Origin: the human T2T-CHM13v2.0 reference genome, Homo sapiens
DNA length: 64,000 nt
Reading direction: 5' to 3' (one strand)
Assembly (NCBI RefSeq): GCF_009914755.1
Contig: NC_060947.1
The position numbers and the translations under genes were made by a program. The notes beneath the pieces were generated by a model, which did no database searches, was not told where the DNA came from, and saw nothing but the letters and a program-made list of their open reading frames with translations. This document shows positions 54,267 to 64,000 of the stretch, piece by piece (the first letter of the stretch is position 1; every line of letters starts with the position of its first letter).

Positions 54267-56204
54267 TTACTATTTTGTTTTAAGTTACCCTAGTGGAGTG
54301 TTGGCTATAGACAAGGTATATACTCGAAACGAGGAGACTTAAATCACACAGTTAATGAATTCCCAACTTGTTTGAAGCTGGAGGTGATTCGACTCCCTTC
54401 AGTGGTTCAACACTAATAATAGCACCAAGGAACATGTCACTGGTGCATATAGGCGTAGCATCTGTACCGACTTGGATTTCAAAATCATGTTTTGACCTCT
54501 GTGATGGAAGTACTCACTCCATGAAGTTTGAGGTCAAAATCAAGAATTACTTTCCTTTACTTGGTTTTTCCTATTCAGTTGGTCTCTCATGTTACTTGTA
54601 TTGCTGGTATTGGTGGACACAAAGGATCTGGCATTACAGTGACCTGTCGAGACTGTAAAGCCACTAGGAGACTTGGCTACTAAAAACCTGCTCAGGACTT
54701 CTAGATGTTGTTTGGCTCTGAACTACCACAGAAGTATCTAAACACATTGACTAAAAGTATAGAATAGTTAACTAGACCTATATTATTTTGCTTTCTAAGA
54801 GGCCAGTTTCTGCTTTTAAATGCAGAACCCATTTCCTTTTGTCTGAGATTCTTTGAAATAGGAGGGGTATTGCAAAGCCATCTGTTGGGGTTTTGAAGGT
54901 TCTAGTCACCTGTCCTCCCCTCTTGAGTTCTAACCACATTGAAGATAGACAAGAAACCACCAATTAAGTGTGCGATTTATTCTAGTAAGGCTGGATTGGG
55001 AGACCCAGAGGCTGAGATGAGTCTGTTTCCAATCTCTTTCCCTCCAATGTAGGCCTTGACTGATGCAGCCAGTCATTTGAAGGCATGGGGCCTACCTTCC
55101 ACTCCTTTGTGAGCTATCAGGAGACTAGTTCTGTCATCAGAGAAAGGGAGCATCTACTCCAGCCCTCCCAGGCTAGAACACAGGAAAAGGGGGAGAGGAG
55201 TTCCCTTACATCATCCTAATAAAGGTTAGTCCAATTCTGGATTGCCCTCTGACATTAGCACACTAGCAACATGTGAGGTTTCGCCATTAGCCTTGCATGT
55301 TTGTGTCCACTTTTATTGATTTTTACTGTTCCCCCTTGAAGTGGTGGTTGTGGCAGACTTTCTAAAGTTCCTTTCTCTCTCAAGGCAGTATGCTTTGGTT
55401 GTTCTTCAGAAAATTAATTTTTAAAGGGCAAATGTACTTACTATACAAAGATGGAAATCTTGCAAGTTATTTTTATTGCATGCTTTCGTAACAAAAATTG
55501 GGAAAATGATCACCCACAAGGCCACCACCTTTATTAAAGGGATTGCTTGTCTTTGTTCTCTTCTAGTCTTAGTCCATACACATAAATCTTTTATCTGTCT
55601 TGTAACCACAATATCAATTCTATTCTGGGTTCAGGGATTTTCTTTTTCAAACATCAAATGTAATTCATGTGTCTACACCAGTATATGGGAGAGTTCGTTC
55701 CCCTCAACCTTACAAACAGTGGGTGTTACAGCTAATCTCACAGGTTAAAAAAAGAATATGTCATTGCTGTTTCAATTTGCTTTGACTGGACTCCTAGTGG
55801 GGTTTAATACTTGTATGTATATAATAGCACTTTAAGTTGTCGCTCTGATAAACTGCCTATTCAAATCCTGTGCCCCATTTTCTATTTGGAGTTCTTTGTA
55901 CATTAAGCCTATTAACTTTCCAATACATTTGCTGCACATTTTTGTAGTCCATGATTTATCTTGTTATTGCTTATGTAATCTTTTCATATATAAAAATCTT
56001 TAATATTTGTGTAATCAAATGTTTTTTTCCTTTATGATTCCTAGTGTTTCTTGTTCTGCTTAAAAAGGTCTTTTCCATCGCAAAGTTCTACAAATATATG
56101 CCTAGATTTTCTTCCTATATTTTTATTGTTTTGTTTGGATTTTTATGTAATTAAAATTATTTTGTTTAGCAGATCCAATGGTGATTTTAAAAATTATTTT
56201 GAAA

Positions 56205-56367
56205 AAAAAAAATTACCTGGGCAAGGTGGCATGCACCTGTTGTCCCAGCTACTCTGGAGACTGAAGTGGGAAGATAGCTTGAGCCCAGGAATCCAAGGCT
56301 ATGGTGAACTATGATCGTGCCACTGCACCCCAGCCTAGGTGACAGAGTGAGACCCCATCTCAAAAAA
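56205..56367 (+). mobile_element. FRAM/Alu right arm
   Basis: Right monomer only. Confidence 0.85.
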
Positions 56368-56661
56368 ATTTTTTTAAAATGTATTGTTTGGTAGGGCATC
56401 TAATTTCTGTTTTCTCTTGGATAGAGAGCCACCTATTCCAGTACTGTTTATGAAGTCACCCTTTACCCTCATGAGCCGAAATGACACTTTATGTTGTCAT
56501 CATATATGTCCTTGGATTTATTTCTGAAGTCTATTTTGTTTTACTGATGTTTGTCATTTTTGTGCCAATGTCATATTGTTTTTCTCACAATAGTCTGGTG
56601 AACCAGAAGGCAAGTCCCTCTTTAGTTCTTTTTCATAGTTTTCTTGACACTTATTCCATAG

Positions 56662-57028
<367 letters not shown>

Positions 57029-57211
57029 GAGACTAATACTAATTAGTTTGCATATTAATTTAACTCTAGCTCTAAAAAATAAACTTGGAAACTTTTCTAC
57101 AATCTCCAATAGTTTAAAAACTGGAAGCATTATCTAATCCTTGAAGATTAGATAGAACTCAGTTGTGAAAGCATTTGGGTCTGATGCCTTTTTATAAATA
57201 GTAGGTCTTGG

Positions 57212-57510
57212 GGCCAGGCGGCGGTGGCGCACGCCTGTAATCCCAGCACTTGGAGGGCGGATCACTGGAGGTCAGGAGTTGGAGACCAGCCTGGCCAACA
57301 TGGTGAAACCCCGCCACTACTAAAAATACACAAATTAGCTGGGTGTGGTGGTTCGCCCGTGGTCCCGGCTACTCTCCGGGAGGCTGAGGCAGAATTGTTT
57401 GAACCTGGGAACCTGGGCGGCGTTGCGGTGAGCCAAGATCGCGCCATTGCACTCCAGCCTGGGCAACAAGAGCGAAACTCCGTCTCAATCAATCAATCAA
57501 TAAAATAAAA
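57212..57510 (+). mobile_element. Alu, CpG-rich with indels
   Basis: Dimer with (AATC)n/A tail. Confidence 0.9.
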
Positions 57511-57619
57511 TTGGGAGGCCTTTACTTTTCCGATCTCTTCTACATTAATTAGCCCATCAGCTTTTCTTCTTAAGATTTGGTATCTTTGAAAATCATCCAT
57601 TTTCTCTAGATCCATACTT

Positions 57620-58362
<743 letters not shown>

Positions 58363-58447
58363 TAAGTGGCTTTCAGAGGTTTTGCTATTTCATAGGTGGT
58401 GTCAAAGAAACTGCTCTTTTGTTTATATTTTTTGGTTTTCTACTTAA

Positions 58448-58784
<337 letters not shown>

Positions 58785-59279
58785 TATTTTCTTTTCCTAT
58801 TTTCTTCTGGTATATTTTACTATCTAATTAAAATGTCTGATGTTTTGTATTTCATTAATTTTCATTTATTTTTAAAGGAAATCCTTGAAACCTGTGTATT
58901 TCCTTTGGTATACAACTTTAGCTATAGGCCATTGTATATGAATTGTCCTTTTTTGTATTCTAGATAGTTTTACATCTGTTTTGATTTCCTATTTAAGTAG
59001 AGTTTAACTTTCAAGTAGTAAACATTTTTATTAATCCCTTTAGCCTTGATCTCTAGTTTTGTTGGTCTGAGTTCAAAGTATGGCCTGTATAACCTCTACA
59101 TTTTTTTTTGGAATTTTTGAAGTTTTCCTTTTCGGCAAGACATAATTTTTTTGAAAATACAACACAGATATAGTATAACATCTTTACATTTATAGGTATA
59201 AACTTATAGATAAAACTGAGCTTGTTGATTATTCAGATCCTTTATATCCTATATCCTTGCTATTTTTTGACTACTTGAG

Positions 59280-59416
59280 TTTTTTTGTTTGTTTTTTTCT
59301 GAGACAGGTTCTCGCTGTGTTGCCTAGGCTGGTCTCAAACTCCTGGGCTAAAGCGAGCCTCCCACCTAAACCTCCCAAAGTTCTGGGATTACAGGCATGG
59401 GTCACCGTGCCTGGCG
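59280..59416 (-). mobile_element. FLAM
   Basis: Left monomer; TSD gacta(c/t)ttga. Confidence 0.85.
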
Positions 59417-60775
59417 ACTATTTGATTTTTAATTTTTGAAAAAATATCAAAATATCTCACTATAAGGGAGTTTTATGGAGTTTCCTTGTACTTAAAGTTT
59501 TGCTTTATATAATTGGTTTCTATCGATTTTTGTTTCATAGATGTTTGACAGATCTTATTTATGATTGTACCTTTTACAGGATATTTTTGTCCTCTTTAAC
59601 GTATTTGGTCTTGAACTCTACCTTGATATGTGTTTTCTATTTCAATCCTTTCTTATGTCTTATATTACAAATTCTGTTATAATTTATTAGACATAAGTGT
59701 ACACTGCAGAATTTTTGGCTACTGCTGTTTCTTGTCCATTTCATCTTTCCCCATTTGACATCTCTGTGCTGAATAAATTTTCATTTGGTTGATGTATACT
59801 TCGTTTGTTCCTTCATATTTGGTATGTGGGTGTATATTCTTTCTAAAACCTTGACTACCCCAAAACATCTATTTTTGCCTTGACAAATGATCTTAGTAGG
59901 TATAAACTTCTGTTCACAGTCTCTTTTCTTTCACAGTTTATAGATGTTTCATTGTTTTCCAACTTTAGTGTTATGAGAACTCCAATGCCTCTTCCTTTGT
60001 TTCCTGAAGTTCATATGAATTTTCCTTTGTCTTTGGAACTCAGAAAGGTCACTAGAATCTATCTAGGGGTGTGTGTGTGCACGTGTGTGTTTGTGTGTAC
60101 TTCTAATCACATCTGGGATTTGTTATTTGCTGATTCCTTTCTTTCTGTTAAGTCTCTCTTCAGCTAAAGAAGTTTTCTTACATCTTGTGTGTAATTATTA
60201 CTTATCATACTGGCATTTTGCTTCTTCGGGAATTCCTATTTTTCACATATAACATCTCCTGGATTTGTCTTGTCATCATAAAATGGCACCAAGAAGAAAG
60301 AATCCCTTTAATCCCGTGCCCCAGCGTGTGATCATTATTGTACCGAAAAATTTAAATGTTTGAAAGGGATGTCTCTTGAAGAGAGAAGGTATGTCCCCAG
60401 TGGTGGGATTGCTGAAAGAAAAAAAGAAAAAAAAGAAAAAAAGAAGCAAGAGAGTGATAGTCTGTAAATGTGCAACCTGTCCTGATGGAGTAACAGTGCT
60501 CTTGATTTATTTCTCCCTAGTAGAAGGAACTTCAGCCAGAAATTTCCTTTCATAGAATAACAGCATTCTGAGTACCTTCTTTGCCTCAACTTTAAATAAA
60601 GAAGCATGTAAAAAAGTCTTAATGCTAGGTACACAGTGCTGAATAAGAGTTCTCCATCTCTTCCTTTCCCTATACGTTACACATTTTGTTAAATGAGCAA
60701 GAATGAGAGCATTGTTGTAGCAGACATCACCACTGTCCCTGAATGTCATTCCTGATCTTATTCAAATTTAACATG

Positions 60776-61307
60776 TGTGAACAAATGTGAACCTGAGAGA
60801 GCCAATCATTCAAGACGGATCCCCAGTGGCTAACTGGGCCTAAATTTAAAATAGATGTGAACCAACTGGTATAGGAAAAAAAAAAAAAAAAAGGAAAAAA
60901 ACTGTAAAAATAAAACAGAGCCAAGCAGCCATTTGCTGACTAGAGGTCACCCATATCCTCTGAATTCCCCCTAAATCCACACCTCTGTTCAACTTTGGGA
61001 CTCCAGAACTCACCTGAATCAACTAATCAGAGCATACCTGCCTCAGTCAATCAGGGCTCAGCTGTATCAACCAATCAGAACTCAGCTTCACTGACCAATC
61101 AAAACTAAGTTTCAGTCCTTTATTTGCATGAACAGACCAGATTGGGAACTTGGTCGAGAACTTTTGCTATGAGACCCTAACCCTGTTTTTGTTCTCTGGA
61201 AAACACCTTTGTTTTACAGGGAAGCCTTCCTCTCCCTAGTTTGCAAACCATGCACTGAAATAAAGTATCTTTCCTCCAAATTCCTTTCCAGAGAACTTTT
61301 GTTCACA
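60776..61307 (+). mobile_element. Solo ERV LTR (LTR47-like; family uncertain)
   Basis: Termini TGTGAACAAA...TTTGTTCACA (10-bp inverted repeat, TG..CA), repeated CCAAT boxes, AATAAA at 61259. Confidence 0.8.
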
Positions 61308-61647
61308 TGTGCAGTCCTAAGCTTTGTTTCAAAATGGACCAATTTACACTCTTCACAGCAAAATTGGAAAATATTGAGTTTTGGTGAGGATGTGCAGCAA
61401 TGAGAACACGGTAATATTGGCACACTTTTAAGTTTTGCCAATTTTGTGCATGTAAAAGAATATTATATTGAGATTTTAATGAACATATCCCTAATTATGA
61501 ATAATATTGAGCATCTTTTCACATATTTATTGGTTATTCACATTTCCTCTTTTGTGACAAGCCTATATTGGTTTTTTTTTTGGCCTATTTTCTATGAATG
61601 GCCCATTTCTATTGGATCACTTACATTTTTCTTGTTGATCCATAAAC

Positions 61648-61791
61648 ATCTATATCTCTATCTATCTATCTATCTATCTATCTATCATCTATTTTAAGAG
61701 ACAAGGTCTCACTATGTTGCCCAGGCTGATCTCGAACTCCTGGGCTCAATCAAAGAGCTGGGATCACAGGTGTGAGCCACCATGCCTGGCC
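61648..61791 (-). mobile_element. (TCTA)n tail plus deleted FLAM
   Basis: Direct read. Confidence 0.8.
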
Positions 61792-61857
61792 CCTTTATAT
61801 AGTCTTGATATTAGTCCTTTGTCAGTTATATGTAATTTTATTTATTTAGTTAGTTAG

Positions 61858-62152
<295 letters not shown>

Positions 62153-62551
62153 CATACATGTAATTTTAAAATCTCTGTAAATATCTTCTCTTGGTCTGTG
62201 GCTTGCCATTTTACTCTATTGTGTCTTTTGATTAACTTAAGTTCATCATTATAACCTGGTAAAATTGGTATCTTTTCCTTATGATTAATGCTTTATGTGT
62301 CTTAAGAAATCCTTCCTGATAGTAATGAGGTTATTCTCTGATATTAGTTTTTTAAAGCTCTGTAGTTTGACTTTTCATACTTATGTCTTTATCCTGAAAC
62401 GGATTCGATGTGGATTATAGTGTGAGTTAAGCATTCACTTTAACGTTTTTCAACTTCAACTTCATACAGTTCAACTCTTTATTGAAAAAATCAATACTTG
62501 CCCACTAATTTGCAGAGCCAGCTCCATGATATATAAAATATTCCTGTGTAA

Positions 62552-62925
<374 letters not shown>

Positions 62926-62934
62926 CCATCATGG

Positions 62935-63915
<981 letters not shown>

Positions 63916-64000
63916 GTGGAAGGATCACTTGAGCCTGGGAAATCAAGGCTGCAGTAAGCCGTGACTGCACCACTGCACCACTGCACCCCAGCATGGGCGA

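Larger units (their letters stand above)
49571..54290 (+). other. ZFX: ZFX 3'UTR, distal end approximate
   Basis: AU-rich, largely unique sequence after the stop. AATAAA at 49767, 49805, 49984, 52575, 52683 and 54261; U-rich context around the last one. Confidence 0.7.

Overview
Primate (human-like) genomic DNA holding the complete coding region of the X-linked transcription factor ZFX on the + strand. Seven coding exons (10948-11005, 17393-17980, 45520-45669, 45906-46049, 46412-46564, 47094-47234, 48387-49570) join through GT-AG, phase-1 junctions into 2418 nt = 805 aa: an acidic activation domain, a basic NLS and 13 C2H2 fingers. A ~4.7 kb 3'UTR follows; the promoter lies upstream of the window. 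The rest is interspersed repeat: ~55 Alus (mostly antisense), old L1/L2/MIR fragments, Tigger4/MER6/MER3/MER5 DNA transposons and a solo ERV LTR. Almost all other listed ORFs are Alu or repeat artefacts. I see no evidence of a wholly new biological system. The best leads are: (1) an old, antisense, 5'-truncated RAC1 retrocopy (last codons plus the whole 3'UTR) in a ZFX intron; (2) back-splice junctions that build a TGA exactly at the junction, predicting a circRNA-encoded activation-domain-only protein; (3) a strong unused acceptor with its own stop and AATAAA just before the NLS exon; (4) a frame-preserving 117-nt Alu exon; (5) a uORF overlapping the start codon; (6) tiny poly(A)-tailed insertions, a 214-bp tandem duplication and palindrome clusters. 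Repeat family names and boundaries were called by eye and are approximate.
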